Shown piece by piece: positions 51,060 through 63,924 of a stretch of DNA of 63,974 bases. The notes below the pieces were generated by a model that worked only from the letters and a program-made list of their open reading frames with translations, did not search any database and had not been told where the DNA came from. The DNA is taken from contig JARFYF010000060.1 of NCBI GenBank assembly GCA_030265395.1, forward strand, positions 21,987,467 through 22,051,440. Reading direction: 5' to 3'. The stretch is from Rhina ancylostomus (lineage: Eukaryota). How positions within the stretch are numbered: position 1 is the first letter of the stretch; each line of letters begins with the position of its first letter. Position numbers and translations under genes: made by a program.

Positions 51060-53940
51060 AGGACTTGAGTTGTTACTGATATTAAAACACAAAATGTTGG
51101 AGACCCTCAATAGCTTAGGCAACATTAGAGAAAGAGAGAGCAAGTTAATGATCTTCACTCATAATTGGAAGATTATAAAGATGGAGAACTTTTCAGCAAA
51201 TGCAGAATCAAGAAAATATTGAGAAGTATGGAGGTCAGGACTGATTAAATAACAAAAGGAAAGAAGTGAAAAGCAGAAAGGAGATGAATTGCAGAAAAAC
51301 CAAGCATGGATCCAAAACTTGAGTCAATGGTTGAAACAGAACAGCGGAATAGAAAGGAAACATTCAAATTCTATCAAAACGGAGAGAGCTAGTGAGGTCC
51401 TGGGCTTGGCAGAAACAAGGCAAGCAGTTGTCACGAGTGCAGATGAGCACCACACCAAGAATGAGTCTCGATATACTCCATTATCAGAACCTACTGCCCA
51501 AAAGAAAATGGGAGCAGCTGTTAAGGTCTAATGTTAAGAAACTCTTTCAAACTCAGGTACAATTGCAGTATAAAAGAAGACAAGAGAAAAGAAAATAGCA
51601 ATCTCAAGAAATTGTAGTACTATAAGACCCTGAAACACAAGTCCACGGATCCCTGAAGATACCAAATAGATTGAGAGGATGGTAAAAATGGCTTGCAACA
51701 TATTGTACTTTATTAGTCAAGGCATAGTGTGTAAATGCACGGAACCTTTAGTAGTTGCATTTTTTTTAATCAAAGTTAGTTTACAGCTTGAGTACTATAT
51801 GCATTCTGGGCACTACACAACAGGAAGGATGCAAGTTCTTTAAAAATAAAAGGTGGTTCATAGATTTACAAGGATTTTCCAGGAATGAAGTATCTTAACT
51901 GTTAGAATGGATTGGCTAAGATAAGCTGGAACAGAGAAGATTGAGATCAGATTTAATTGAAGTGTTTAAAATTATGAACTGAGGTAGTAAGGACCTAGAG
52001 AAACAAAGGACTGCAGGTGCTGGAATCTTGATGAAAAACACGATGATGCTGGAGGAACTCAGCAGGCCAGGCAGCATCCGTGGAGAAAAGCAGGNNNNNN
52101 NNNNNNNNNNNNNNNNNNNNNNNNNNNNNNNNNNNNNNNNNNNNNNNNNNNNNNNNNNNNNNNNNNNNNNNNNNNNNNNNNNNNNNNNNNNNNNCCTCCA
52201 GCATTTTGTGTGTGTTGCTCCAAATTCCAGCATCTGCAGAACCTCTTGTGTCTCCGGTATTCACAGCATTCTCTCTTGATACAGATTTCCAGCAACTCCT
52301 GTGTCCTGGATCTCAGAGTTCCAGGACTTTCTTCCCCTGCTCTCCTCTATTCTCATTCATCTCCCCTGATTTCCACCACACCCAGATAAATTACCTACAA
52401 TTAACCAGCCTTCACCACTCTCTCCCTCTCAGCCAACATTCACCAGTGTCATCCAATTTCTCTTTGTCTCTACCTTGTCAAACATTTCATTTTCTCTCTC
52501 CTCTTCAGTGTCTCCTGCATTGATATGATAAGGTCCAACACAAACTTGAGCAATAACACCTATCGTTCCACTTGAGCACATCGCATGCTTCCAGACCCTC
52601 TAACTTTTCTAAAATGAATTCTGCAACTTTAGGTAACTTGCTCTTTCTTTGTGTCAGAACTGGCTGTTTTCTCCTCGCATTGATCCGTGACTAAGCTCAG
52701 CTTTTCTCTCGCCATTAATGCAGCTTGTCTCACAGCCTTGCAATGAGTAACACGTAACACAGACAAAGAAACACAGTCTACTTCTAACTGTCAGCTTAGC
52801 CCACTTTCATTTATTCTTTTGATCTCTCCCTCACCTTCTATACAACTTAACATGAACTTGTTTCCTCTTCCCTGGTTCTGATGAAGGGCCTATGTCCCAG
52901 AAATGCTCTGTGTTTCCCTGTGCATTTCCGGCACTTTGTCTTTATTTCAGATTTCCAGCATCTGCATTATTTTTTTATTTTCCTTTCATTTCTCCACCCG
53001 TCCCCTTTTCTCTGCAACTTAGATCATGCTGGTCTTCCAACATTTCCTAGCTCTGATGCATATATATCTATTTTTTTAGCTCTCCACAAAGGCTGCCTGA
53101 CTTTTGAAATATTTCTAAATCATTTGTTATTTATATTTCAGATTTCCAGTGTCTAGAGTTGTCTGCAATTTAATTTCAAAGAACACATCTGAGTATGTAG
53201 AGAAACAAAGGACCGCAGATGCTGGAATCCAGATGAAAAACACGATGATGCTGGAGGAACTCAGCAGGTCAGGCAGCATCCGTGGAGAAAAGCACCACCT
53301 TGTGCCCACCCCGCCTCCCCTCTTCTGTCCACCTATCACTGCTCTGCTTTTCCCTCCTATATATCGGGCTTCCTCTTTTCCTATCTTCAGTCCTGAAGAA
53401 GGGGCCTGACCCATAATATTGACCACCTGCTTTTCTCCATGATGTTGCCTGGCCTGTAGAGGAAGGACCTATTTCCTTTCGCAGAGAAGTCAAATCCAAT
53501 AATTTTGGGCAATTCATTTTCTCTGCTTGTGTCAGAACTGGCCATTTTTCTGTGTTAGTCACCTGTGATATTAACTTTGTTTCTCATCTTCATGTACCCT
53601 GCGTGATGTGCTGGGGCATTTGAAACATTCGCCTTTTGGTTTCAATTCTCTGCAACACCTCTTACCTGCATTTCACAGCTTTAACACTTCCCTTTGTTTT
53701 CTCTCTCTCTAACATCCTTCATTAATCTATCAACCAGATGGCTCCATGGACATCACAAACACCTTCCCAACCCAGGCCTCACCCCTGAATTCCATCCACC
53801 CCTCCCCAAGCTCTGTACAACTTGAAACATGCTTGTTTTCTTGCTCCTGATGAAGGAATCTCAACCCCAAATGTTAACTCTGCTTTCCTTTCCATTGATG
53901 CTGCTCGATATTCTGAATGTTTTCACCGGTTTCTGTCTTT
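51060..53940. mobile_element. Cluster of Penelope-like remnants and fold-back copies (incl. 51996-52256, 53198-53456), with a CR1 fragment at ~51620-51995
   Basis: Repeated gctggaggaactcagcagg..gcagcatc ends and ctgatga/ctgaaga motifs at 52878, 53393 and 53847. Confidence 0.7.
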
Positions 53941-54034
53941 ATATTAAAAACTACAGCAGTAGCGCAGCATCCCTGGCGATTTGGATCTATGTGGTTGACT
54001 TTGAGTTACAAACTGCTTCTTTTGTACTCTTCAG

Positions 54035-54103
54035 GAAATGTCATTGAAATTGAAGAGGCAACAACTCCGTGCAGAGGAGGACCAGCTGCACAGGGAACAA
54101 GCT
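54035..54103 (+). CDS. CEP164: CEP164 exon EMSLKLKRQQLRAEEDQLHREQA (phase 0-0)
   Basis: Long pyrimidine tract with cag acceptor, gtaagt donor. Confidence 0.92.
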
Positions 54104-54837
54104 GTAAGTGCTCACCTCATCTTACTTGCTAGGTGGTATGTGCTAAAACATGTTGATTACTATTCTGGATGGAACTTTTCACTTAAGTACAAAATCTTCA
54201 ATGTTCTCTTTCCATTGGGCTTGACATGCATTTACATCTTTTTTTTTCTAATTTCCACTTGTCATTTTCATTTTTTTTACTGTCCCATGAGGAGATCAGG
54301 GAGAAAAGGAAGAAGGAGTTGCTGGGTGTGTTTGCCAAAGGAAAGTAACTGTGACCTCCATGTCATGATTGAACTTATTTCTAATGCCAGGGCTTAGGAA
54401 CCTAGCAGCTAAAGGAAGATGGTAAATGCTAGACGTAGCAGGCAAACTCTTGTGGGTTGGTGAGGAGAGCAAGAATACTACACCTGGCTCCCAAACCTAT
54501 CTTGCACTGTGAACTTTCTCCTGATCAGTCAGCTCCTTCCTCCCTGCAACACACACAAACCTTCATCGTGCCCCATTCTTTTCAGTGTGATCCTGATGAC
54601 CCCCAGAATTGTTGCCCTCCTCCTGGTGTTGCCACCTAGGTGCTGGTCAGCCTCTCATAGTTTTAAACGTTTTAAAGTCTTTTTTTATGGGATCCAGCTG
54701 TTAATTTCACGAAAGCAGAGATCATATTGAAATTTCCAGCTGCAACCTACTCCCTCCCCATCTTCCCAAAAGATTGTCCTGGTTATGATCTCAAAAATTC
54801 AGGCAATATGTAAAATCAGGACAGTTACTGCATCATC

Positions 54838-54955
54838 AAAATCAAGTTTATCGTCACATGCATAAGTACATGTGTGCACAGATGCAATGAAAAAATTACT
54901 TGCAGCAGCATCACAGGCACATAGCATCATTTAAGCAGCATTCGCAAGAAAACTT
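54838..54955 (-). mobile_element. Rex1/Babar-type 3' tail
   Basis: Similar to 12805-12920. Confidence 0.7.
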
Positions 54956-55080
54956 GAATGTTGAATGGAAAGTTCAATTGAATGTTAACCATGAGATTTA
55001 GTTAACCATGAAAATAATCTCTCAAACTTTTTAGCAAGTAACTTGTCATCATCCGGATTTCTTTTGATTCACATTCACAG

Positions 55081-55265
55081 GAAATAATTCTTTCTCGACC
55101 AAGCATGCAAGAAGTAGAGCAAGCAAAACATGAGCATTCCTTGTTGCAGGAATCAATCCGTCTGTCCCTCCAGAACCTGGATAAGCTACAGGGCCAACAG
55201 GTGGAGCTACAAACAGAAGTTGAGACACTCAGAAATGAAAGTCAGCGACTCCAGAGTAGAATCAG
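55081..55265 (+). CDS. CEP164: CEP164 exon EIILSRPSMQEVEQ...LQSRI(S) (phase 0-2)
   Basis: acattcacag acceptor, AG|gtatct donor, 185 nt. Confidence 0.94.
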
Positions 55266-56011
55266 GTATCTTGCTATTGCTCAGTTGAGTTGAAGGGATT
55301 CTGATAGGATGAGAAAATGGAGGGGGGCATAGAATATAATGTGTTAAATATGAACATTTTGTAATGCATCATCAAAATAAGTGATAGATGCAGAACAAAA
55401 AAACAAATATAATGGTGCCTGATCCCATGCCTCAGAAATGTCTCCAAGGATTTCACATACAGTAAATTGATGTGAAGTATAGTAATTGTTCTGAAGGAAC
55501 TACAGCAGCTGCTTTCTTCACCATAAGCTTCTATCAACAGCCAAGAGACGAATACCTCGTTATCAGATTTTGTAGGCTGAGGGATGTTTGCCAACCTTAT
55601 CTGTTTCTTCAAATAGTGACACTGAATCATAATGCCTCTAGAATCATGATGGTAAGGCCTCAGTATAGTTCATTAACTCTTACTTTAAAGGAAAAGGAAT
55701 GAAAAACATGAAGCTATTATATAAACTACTTCATATTCAAATATTTTTGAGCTGTGTAAAACATAGGCACTATGGACTAACTCTCTTAGTGTAATGACTA
55801 GATTTTCAACCTGGAGATGCCACTTCCTCCCCTACAGGTGTTATCTGAACAAAGCTAGAAGGAGACAGGTGCACAATTATAGAAGCATAATTTTTATACA
55901 ATAGAATGAAGCCCCAACCAGAGTAACACATCTTTCTAAAGTGGGCCACAACTTAAGACATTTATGAAAGACCACCGTAGTGTAAATGTATGATGAAACA
56001 TTCTCTTCTAG

Positions 56012-56135
56012 TGAATTGGAGATGACAATTAAAAAGAAGCAAAATACCCTAAACGAAGAGCTCATAATCAACGGAGCCTCTGGTGGCACGGAAGGGGATG
56101 AACTTCATATTGAGGATTTAAGTTCATACAAAAAA
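56012..56135 (+). CDS. CEP164: CEP164 exon ELEMTIKKKQ...ELHIEDLSSYKK (phase 2-0)
   Basis: ttctcttctag acceptor, gtgagt donor. Contains the LHIEDL motif shared with recalled human CEP164. Confidence 0.94.
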
Positions 56136-57273
56136 GTGAGTACAGTTTAAAAGCAAATATAAGCTTTTCCTTTCAGTTCAGTATTTTGCCAAAATTGTTC
56201 CTCCTCAATCTGGATCCCAAGTCTCTTATCATTATACCTCACTCATATGCCATATATCTCAGGCTAAAATAATGGATCAAATTTCTCCAAATGGCAAACA
56301 CAGCCCCATTGTTTATTAGAGGTCTGGTCTTCCATTTTGAGTTTTTAATATCCAGTTTAGCTATCTTTACAGACCAGAGTATTTGTGTCTTTTGTTTGAC
56401 AAATGCTGTTTGTAATAAAAAGAGGTGCTATTAGAACTAGCAAATCCACCAGAATCCATTCACATTTCACTGTTGGATCTTTAATTAGAAATTTTCTTTG
56501 TCAGATCTCTATTAAAAATGTACATGTTTTTGAGATGTTGAGGATCTGCTCTGTTATCCTGTGTTTTCTCCTATTATTTTGGATTTTAAGCTTTTAACTT
56601 TTATTTTCTTTACTTGAATAATATGTTTGTAAGAGATTTTCACCCTCAGTGCCTGTTTCTGCTTCAGGCATTCCCATTCCATCCATGCTTCAGCCAGAAA
56701 TGGACAAACCTGCTTCAACTTGCTCATGATCTCAAAAGCAGGATATTTCCTCCCTTACTAGTGAAACATTTTCCATTTACTACATCATCAACATTTTAAG
56801 GACTGCCTGAGTAATATTGCCTCATTAGTGTTGGGCTTTGCTAAATTTTGAGAAGCTTTATGCTGCAAAACCCTTTTTTTTGGAATGGGTGAGACAGTTC
56901 ATGTGAAATTATCATACAGTTAAACAGGAAGGAAAGAAACCATATTGCACACCAGCTAATTAGACAACCTGGAAGAATTATGGTATGTCCACATGAGTAA
57001 TAAATGACTTTGAGGTACTTATTTCAATCTGCCACCTTATCTCCTTTATAAAACTCTGTTTCTGGCTGATCATTACAGCTGAACAAAATGTTAAAATTTT
57101 TTTCTTCTTGTATAGTTTATCAAATCCATGCATTTAATTTTAGTGTTTCAGGCAAGCAACCATTCGGAGTTTAATCTGTATGCATTCATTCGGTTGGCTG
57201 ATTCACTAGTTGATTAGCTTTTATAGAATTTCAATGCACCATGATAAACTTTTATTTGTTTTTAACTCTGCAG

Positions 57274-57335
57274 TACCCAAATCATAGCAGCTCCCCCATT
57301 CCCAGATCTGAAGATGAACAAGTTAACGTGGATAA
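57274..57335 (+). CDS. CEP164: CEP164 exon YPNHSSSPIPRSEDEQVNVD(N) (phase 0-2)
   Basis: tttaactctgcag acceptor, gtatgt donor. Supplies the phase 0-to-2 bridge needed between its neighbours. Confidence 0.88.
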
Positions 57336-57437
57336 GTATGTGTGAAATGTACTATATTAGATTATTTTCTTGTTTTATTTGCAGGTTACACTGTTCCACT
57401 CTAGCCTGATGTAAAAGATAATATAGGGTAAAAGTGC

Positions 57438-57900
57438 ATGGTGGTTAAATTACTGGCCTAGCATGCTGAGGCTTTGACCAATAATCCAGGCACAAGGTCT
57501 GAAGCAACAAACAAGCAGCTGGGGGAGCTTCGCCGGTTGAGCAGCATCTGTTTCATCCCGAAATGTCGACGATTCCTTTCATCCCACAGATGCTGCTCGA
57601 ACCACTGAGTTCCTCCAGCTAATTGTTTGTTGCTCCACATTCCAGCATCTGCAGTCTCCTGTGTCCACATGAATTTTCAATCCCATTTTAACATGAGTAA
57701 AACTTAAACTCATGAATACCAGTGGCTTTAAAATTGCTGAATTGTAAAAATTCATCTGGTTCATTGATATCCTTTGGGGAAGGAAATGGGGGCATCTTTA
57801 CCCAGTCTGACCTCAATAGTCCTCTGAAACAGCCGTGAACCCATTCAATTTGAGAATAATTCGGATGGGCAATAAATGTTGGCCTCACTGGTGGTGCTCA
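57438..57900 (+). mobile_element. tRNA-type SINE with LINE-derived tail, interrupted by a Penelope fold-back element (~57500-57665)
   Basis: catctggttcattgatatcctttggggaaggaaat core and ggatgggcaataaatgttggcc tail, with inverted gcagcatctg arms inside. Confidence 0.65.
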
Positions 57901-58633
57901 TGTTCTATAACTGAGTAAAGAAAATTGCAATGAAGTCACTTTTATATTGCCAACATGATCGCATTTTGCCAATCCCTGTTGAGCTAACTGAAAGATCAAT
58001 AGGTTGTAGTCCCCATAATTGGCATTACTTCCAATGACAGCATTTGGAGCCCATAAAAACTGGGAGCCGAACATAGATGGAAACTGCTTTATGTTGGTTT
58101 TGTACATTTGTCAGTGGGAGTACCTCCTGTCAACTGTCCATTGCCATTATATAAATTCCATATTGAATATAGAATCAATAGCACTTTACAGCTTCCACAT
58201 AAAACAAAGGAAATTATTTAGAGGAACACAGTTTGGCACATCTGTTGGTATTTTTGGGAACTGCCATTATACAGTAATAATGTACTTGGATATTGAGTTG
58301 ACATCATTCTATTCTTTCATATTCTAACACTGAGAATTTCTGACAATCGCCCTTGGTCACTCCACGTGTTGAGGAACCAATAACAGTCAAGTCTTATCAG
58401 GCAGGCTTTAAGATTGAAGGTGAACTAAATTAGGAAATCAGGATGAGGCATAAGTAAGCCATTTTAAAAGCGTAAATAGAATGGGGGAGATTTTCAGTGG
58501 TGAAAAAGAAAAGTCAAGGAATGTCTTGATTTCAAGAACAAGACAAAAAACGGTGCTGATGTCAATGAATATTTGAAGCTGACTCTGATTTGTATCACTA
58601 ATTAAAATGACTGATTCATTTACCCTTTGTCAG

Positions 58634-58841
58634 TGTGCGATACTATATCTCTGCTGAAGGACTGTCTATCAATAAAGCCAAGGAGTTCCTCGTGAAGCAA
58701 ACCCGCTCACTTAGGAAGCGACAGACAGCTCTCAAGTCAGCTAAGCAGCAGTGGAGGCATGACATGAGAAAAGCACAAGAGCAGGTACAAGACCCAGAGA
58801 ACTCTCAAATTCTTCAGGATGTCTGGAAAAACCTGGATCAG
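58634..58841 (+). CDS. CEP164: CEP164 exon VRYYISAEG...VWKNLDQ (phase 2-0)
   Basis: ccctttgtcag acceptor, CAG|gtgagc donor. This is the most conserved CEP164 block in the window. Confidence 0.97.
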
Positions 58842-59602
58842 GTGAGCAGATCAGAAATGCCCAGAGGCCCTATCTCATGACAAAGGAAATTCCTCCCACT
58901 TAGCATTTTGCACATTTTCACAATTCTTTGGGCCTTCCATGAGAAATGTTTAAATATATTAGAAGATCTTTAAGAGGGTGATATAAATTTGTTATGTGTT
59001 TAGCCAATAAAAGTGAGATTCTTCCTGTCAACATGCAGAATATTATCATTTTAAATCTCATTCTCTTTTAAGTTTTACCGTTGTTAGGATTTCACAGCCA
59101 TTGGCAACTTTATGGTAACCTTGTCAAATAATCATTCTGTTTGTCAGCCCAATGAATTTCAACAGGTGATAGTTTCTATCCTGGGCATCTGCTCTCACCC
59201 TTTCTAGGTATGTGCTCTTCCCAACNNNNNNNNNNNNNNNNNNNNNNNNNNNNNNNNNNNNNNNNNNNNNNNNNNNNNNNNNNNNNNNNNNNNNNNNNNN
59301 NNNNNNNNNNNNNNNNNNNNNNNNNCCAACAGTTGTGGCTGGACTAAGACTGGGACTAAATTTGGGACCTGATTCTTTTTTGACGAAACACCACATGAAG
59401 TTTCATGGACTTTCTTGGGCCTCAGGGAACAAATTATCCACATTAAGACATTAAAATATAAGGCAACCTTTCTTTTTTATTGATTAGCAAGGATGATCGC
59501 CAATAGTGCAAGTTCCACTGTCAGTGTGAATATTAGGAAGGAAGAGCATTGTATCTCCTTGGGAGCTAGGCTCATTACTCCTATCCTTCTGCTTTGCTTT
59601 AG

Positions 59603-59710
59603 GAGGCCCGGCACCTGGACGAGATGAAGTTAACAATGAAGAAGGGGCAAGCCTTGCTACGAAAGAAGGAAGAAAAACTAAATCAGCTGGAGTCGTCTTT
59701 TGCTGAAGGG
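59603..59710 (+). CDS. CEP164: CEP164 exon EARHLDEMK...[11 protein letters not shown] (phase 0-0)
   Basis: gctttgctttag acceptor, gtgagt donor, strong similarity to the recalled human sequence. Confidence 0.97.
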
Positions 59711-59869
59711 GTGAGTTATTTTGAGGACCCCTCCATGGAATTAGGAGGCACAGAACAGGGGCTTACCCCCTGAACCCCACAGAAGGGAGGGGCTACTAAA
59801 TGCAAGCACAGACCTCTCACGGGAGGCAGCATCTGAGGACAATTCCTCTTGCTTTATTTTAATTTACTC

Positions 59870-60335
59870 ACTTTTCAAGACTTGTGCATCACTGGCTAGG
59901 CCAGCATTTATTGCACATTCTAAATCGTCCTTTAGAAAATGGTGGTGAACAATGATCTGCTGCAGTCCTTTTAGTGAAGATGCTTCCACAGAATTGCTGG
60001 GAGGGACTTGAAGGATTTAAACCTAACCACAGTGAAGGAATGGCAATATATTTCCAGATCAGGATAGTGTGCGACTTGAAAGTGAACATGCTGGGGGCAG
60101 TTGTTTGCATGCACGTGCTGCCCTTGTCCTTTTTGATGGAAGAGATTGCAGGTTTGGGAGATGCGAGGGATGAAACTGCAGTGTGTTTTGTTAATGATAC
60201 ACACTGCAGCTTCTGTGTTTTGGTGGTAGACAGGATGAAAATTTAGGGTGGACTGGATACCAATCAAGACTGCTGTGTCCTGGATGCCGTCCAGCTTCTG
60301 GCAGATGTTTAGAGGCACACTCAGCAGGTCATGCA
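59870..60335 (-). mobile_element. CR1-group LINE 3' end sharing its tail with the 57438 SINE
   Basis: KLDGIQD..A.LIG..LN.H..HQ remnant and an actggctaggccagcatttattgc tail. Confidence 0.7.
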
Positions 60336-60339
60336 GAGA

Positions 60340-61740
60340 GTTTGTGGAAAAATAAAAGCTCATAGTGTAGGCGACAACATATGAACAAGCGTAAAAGATC
60401 ATTGGCTAACTGGAAACAAGGACGAGGAATAGATGTGTCTTTTTCTGGTTGGCAAGATATAATGAGTGGTTGCCACAGGAATTGATGCTGGAGTCTCAAC
60501 ATTTTCCAACTGATGTAAATGACTTGAATGAAGGCACCAAAGGTATGGTTGCTAATTTTCCTGATGTCATTAAGATAGGTAGGAAATTGTAAGTTATGAA
60601 GAGGAAAGGAAGGTCATTGATGAAATGGCTGAAGAGGTGAAGGCAGGAGCCTGAGGGGCACTGGTAGTGATGTCAGGGGGCTGGGATGATTGACCTCAAA
60701 TAACTACTTCCTTCAGAGTTTGTGATGTTACCCCAACCACTGGAGTATTTTCCCCTTCATGCCCAATTGACATCATTTTAACAGATCTTTTGATTCAGTC
60801 AAATGCTACCTCGGTGTAAAGAACAGTCACCCTCACTTCAGCTTGGGAAGTTGGTTACTAAAAGCAGAAAATGCTAGAAAAACTTAGCAGGTCAGGCAGC
60901 ATCTGTGGAAAGTTAATGTTTTGGATTAAAGGCCGTTCATCAGAACTGACAGAAACAAGAAGACACAAGATACTGCAGATGCTGGAATCTGAGTCAACAC
61001 AAAGCACTAGAGGAACTCAGGAGGTCTGACAGCATCTATGGAGGGAAATGGACAGTAGACATTTCAGGTTGAGACCCTTCATCTGGAGACTTCTTAATGG
61101 AACACAAGTTCTAACAGTGCTTTGTGTGTTGCAAAGAGAGAAACAAGGTAGCAGAGAAGGTGGGGAAGGACAATGGATGGAATGGGGAATTTTGTCATAG
61201 GGTGAAATTATATTGTCATTAAATGGACAGTTGAGCTCCTTTGTCCGTGTAATAGTTGCAAACCATCTGGGGATGTGCCCTGCAGACCAGGATATACAAA
61301 TGAAAGAAGAAAGGAAGAGAGGAATGGGAAGCAAAAGTAGCAAGCCCTGATACAAACAGAAAGAACAAGCAAGTTATCTAAAGTTGAAGAATTCAATATT
61401 GTGTGCAGGCTGCACCATGCCCAGGTGAAAGATGTGCTGCAGAGCAGTTGCCATACTGAACTGTGATGCCTCCAGATAGGATGCTGTCCATGGTGCATTG
61501 ATAAAAATTGGTAATCTGTCTCATTTAACATAACTTAAGTACCACATAACACCATGGAGACTGTCCACTTTGTGAAGGCAGGACTTTGGCTCCACAAGGA
61601 CAGAGTGGTGGTGACTCCTACCATTGGTGTTATGGACCTTTACATTTATGAGAACAGTTGTGCTTTATCTGACCTAGGGGTGTCATTCACCAGCTGCTAT
61701 CCTGGATGAAGTCAGTTAACTGAACACACATCAGACAAAC
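60340..61740. mobile_element. Mixed CR1 fragment (60340-60610) and Penelope terminal-repeat/remnant pieces (60860-61090, 61300-61740)
   Basis: Decayed RT motifs and two tandem gcagcatct..catcag/catctgg terminal units. Confidence 0.55.
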
Positions 61741-61801
61741 TATATTTTTATATACCATTTTGTAGTGGGTCCGAGTGAATTTAAACATGCTAAATTGTTA
61801 G

Positions 61802-61916
61802 CTTTCAGATGAAGACTTGCCAAAAGTCACAGAGGGCAAGAAAGCTGTTACCTTTGACCTTACGGACTCCGATGATGTCAGCAGCACTGTCAGCATTGAC
61901 CTTCCACAGCAGAAAA
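61802..61916 (+). CDS. CEP164: CEP164 exon LSDEDLPKVTEGKKAVTFDLTDSDD...PQQK (phase 0-1)
   Basis: ttgttag acceptor, A|gtgagc donor. SDE..KKAVTFDL matches the recalled human sequence. Confidence 0.95.
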
Positions 61917-62589
61917 GTGAGCATAAAAACAAATATTCCCAGTTTGACATTAAATGGTATCTCCTCTGCTGTTATCAACAAAATGCTGCAAATACTCAAC
62001 TGTAGAGCAAACATTTATTGAGAGTGAAATGGAGGCAGTGTTTCAGCTCAATGGCCTGAGGTCTGATGAAAGATCAACAAGTTTAAATTCTGTTTCTTTC
62101 TTCACAGATGCTGCCTGGTCTGCTGAGTATTTACAACATTCTCTGTTTTTATTTTGGATATTAAGCTTCTGCATTGACTTGCTTTTCGATTTTGTTTCTC
62201 CCCTGCTAATTCTTGTTTGTGGTTCCCTTGTTTAACTTTGCATGCTGCATATAACTCTGTGGTATGATTACATTTTCATAATTCTTTTACCTTTTCACTT
62301 TTCCGTTAACCTTTCCTTCACATTGAATAATGACCTGTTTTACTATTGGACTATATATCTAACCTGAAAGCTGACTTAAAGTAGTTTATGTCGGTTAATA
62401 TATGGGAACAAGGGTACACATTGAACAAAACCAGTGTTTGATTGATCAGGGCAAGATTAGAAGCTCTTTGATGGCTTTGAATTTAATTCACTTTGCCCTC
62501 AGAAACATCAACTAGCAATAATTTCCAATTTCTCTTTTAAAAAATTAAATTTTAATTTTAAATTATTTTTTAAATTTTTTTTAAAAACT

Positions 62590-62826
62590 TTTATTTACAG
62601 TGTGGTAACAGGCCCTTTCGGCCCAATGAGTCTGTGCTGCCCATTTTAAACCCGTGTTAACCTACCCTTATGTCTTTGGAACGTGGGAGGAAACCGGAGC
62701 ACCCAGAAGAAACCCACGCAGACACAGGGAGAACATACAAACTCCTTACAGACAGCGAAGGGAATCGAACCCCAATCGCTGGCGCTGTAATAGCGTTGCA
62801 CTAACCGCTACCCTACCATGCCGCCC
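62590..62826 (-). mobile_element. HE1-like V-SINE, near full length
   Basis: tRNA head with A box (TGGTAGGGTAGCGG) and B box (GGTTCGATTCC), V-domain GGAGTTTGTATGTTCTCCC..GGGTGCTCCGGTTTCCTCCCAC, and CR1-type tail GGGCCGAAAGGGCCTG. Confidence 0.92.
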
Positions 62827-62894
62827 CTTAGTTATTTTAAATTCATTAAATTCTTCTTAAATATCTCTGAATATCAAAGACTTTTAAATATATT

Positions 62895-63240
62895 GAAGCA
62901 TGCCTTTGACCTGTCAAAGGCCATCAGTGGGTGTGGCTTCAGGTGTCTCCACATGAGGGTTGGTGGCCAATGGCAGACTGATGTCCTCCAGTACAATGGA
63001 CCCTGCAGGGGTGTGAAACGCGAGGATGAGGCCCTGTGGTTGTGTGTGGGCGAGTGGGGGGTGGGTAAATGTGAAGCATAGAGCCCGTCGAACACAATCT
63101 GCCCCAAGATTAAGGCCCTGGAATGTCTGCAAAGAAGCTGGCAGCTGCACATGGATCAGCCAGGACTTATTTCCATGTTGGTCATGAAGTTCTGGAACCT
63201 GATCTCCCCATCAGTGGAGCACAAACTTTTGCAGTCTCAT
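62895..63240 (+). mobile_element. Possible decayed L1/Tx1-like fragment
   Basis: GC-rich stretch with faint AFD..AI / VLQ..TLQ remnants. Recognition is weak. Confidence 0.25.
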
Positions 63241-63924
63241 AGTAGCCGGAAATTCTGCTCACTGAACTTGACATGGTTTCACCAGCTCCACTCTTTCCAA
63301 TGAAGAGGAAAGGCTGTGATGAAGAATTGTAAGCTAGTTTACAACTTTTACGTTAGATCAACTCATTTAATTTTTAGATATTTGCTGGTGCTTTGTGATC
63401 TAATTTCACTTTTTATTCCTTTTTTTTTAGCAGAATTGTAATTCTTTACTTGAAGTTAATTCTTCTTTGAATGTTTATGACTTTCAGGAACAATCATAAA
63501 TATTTAAGCTCCTTGACAGTTGGTTTGAAGGGGTGCAGTTTTGCCAGCTGACACAGTTGTTTGGCAGAATTGATCATTGGAAGGACATGCTTGTGTAAAC
63601 TCCAACTGTTTTAGCCTTATCTGCAATTAATTATACAGACTCTCTGCTAAGCCTGATGGAAAGACTGACTGCTTTCTTCACAGACTTTTCCCAGATAATG
63701 GATAGTGAGAACTATACACAGTGCTCTATGGAGAAATTCAACAGTATAGCTCAGCAGTAACAGAAGGCTTTTCCTGGTCTCAAGGTAAGCAGGTTTAAGT
63801 TGGCTTCTTTGAGGAAGTTCTTGCATGGTTCTGCTCAAGAGGATGGCAAAGTAGTCAATGCAGGCAACTTGTTGTCCAAGGAAATCATAGGAATCATTGT
63901 TCAGGAGACAATTGACATGTCAAC

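Larger units (their letters stand above)
6584..61916 (+). other. CEP164: CEP164 gene body (partial; extends beyond both window ends)
   Basis: The spliced translation is colinear with human CEP164 as recalled, e.g. [57 protein letters not shown] and KKAVTFDL. Splice phases agree from 31477 to 61916. Confidence 0.95.

Noticed and set aside
62535-62592. Almost purely AT quasi-palindrome
   Set aside because: Low-complexity tail region next to the V-SINE 3' end.
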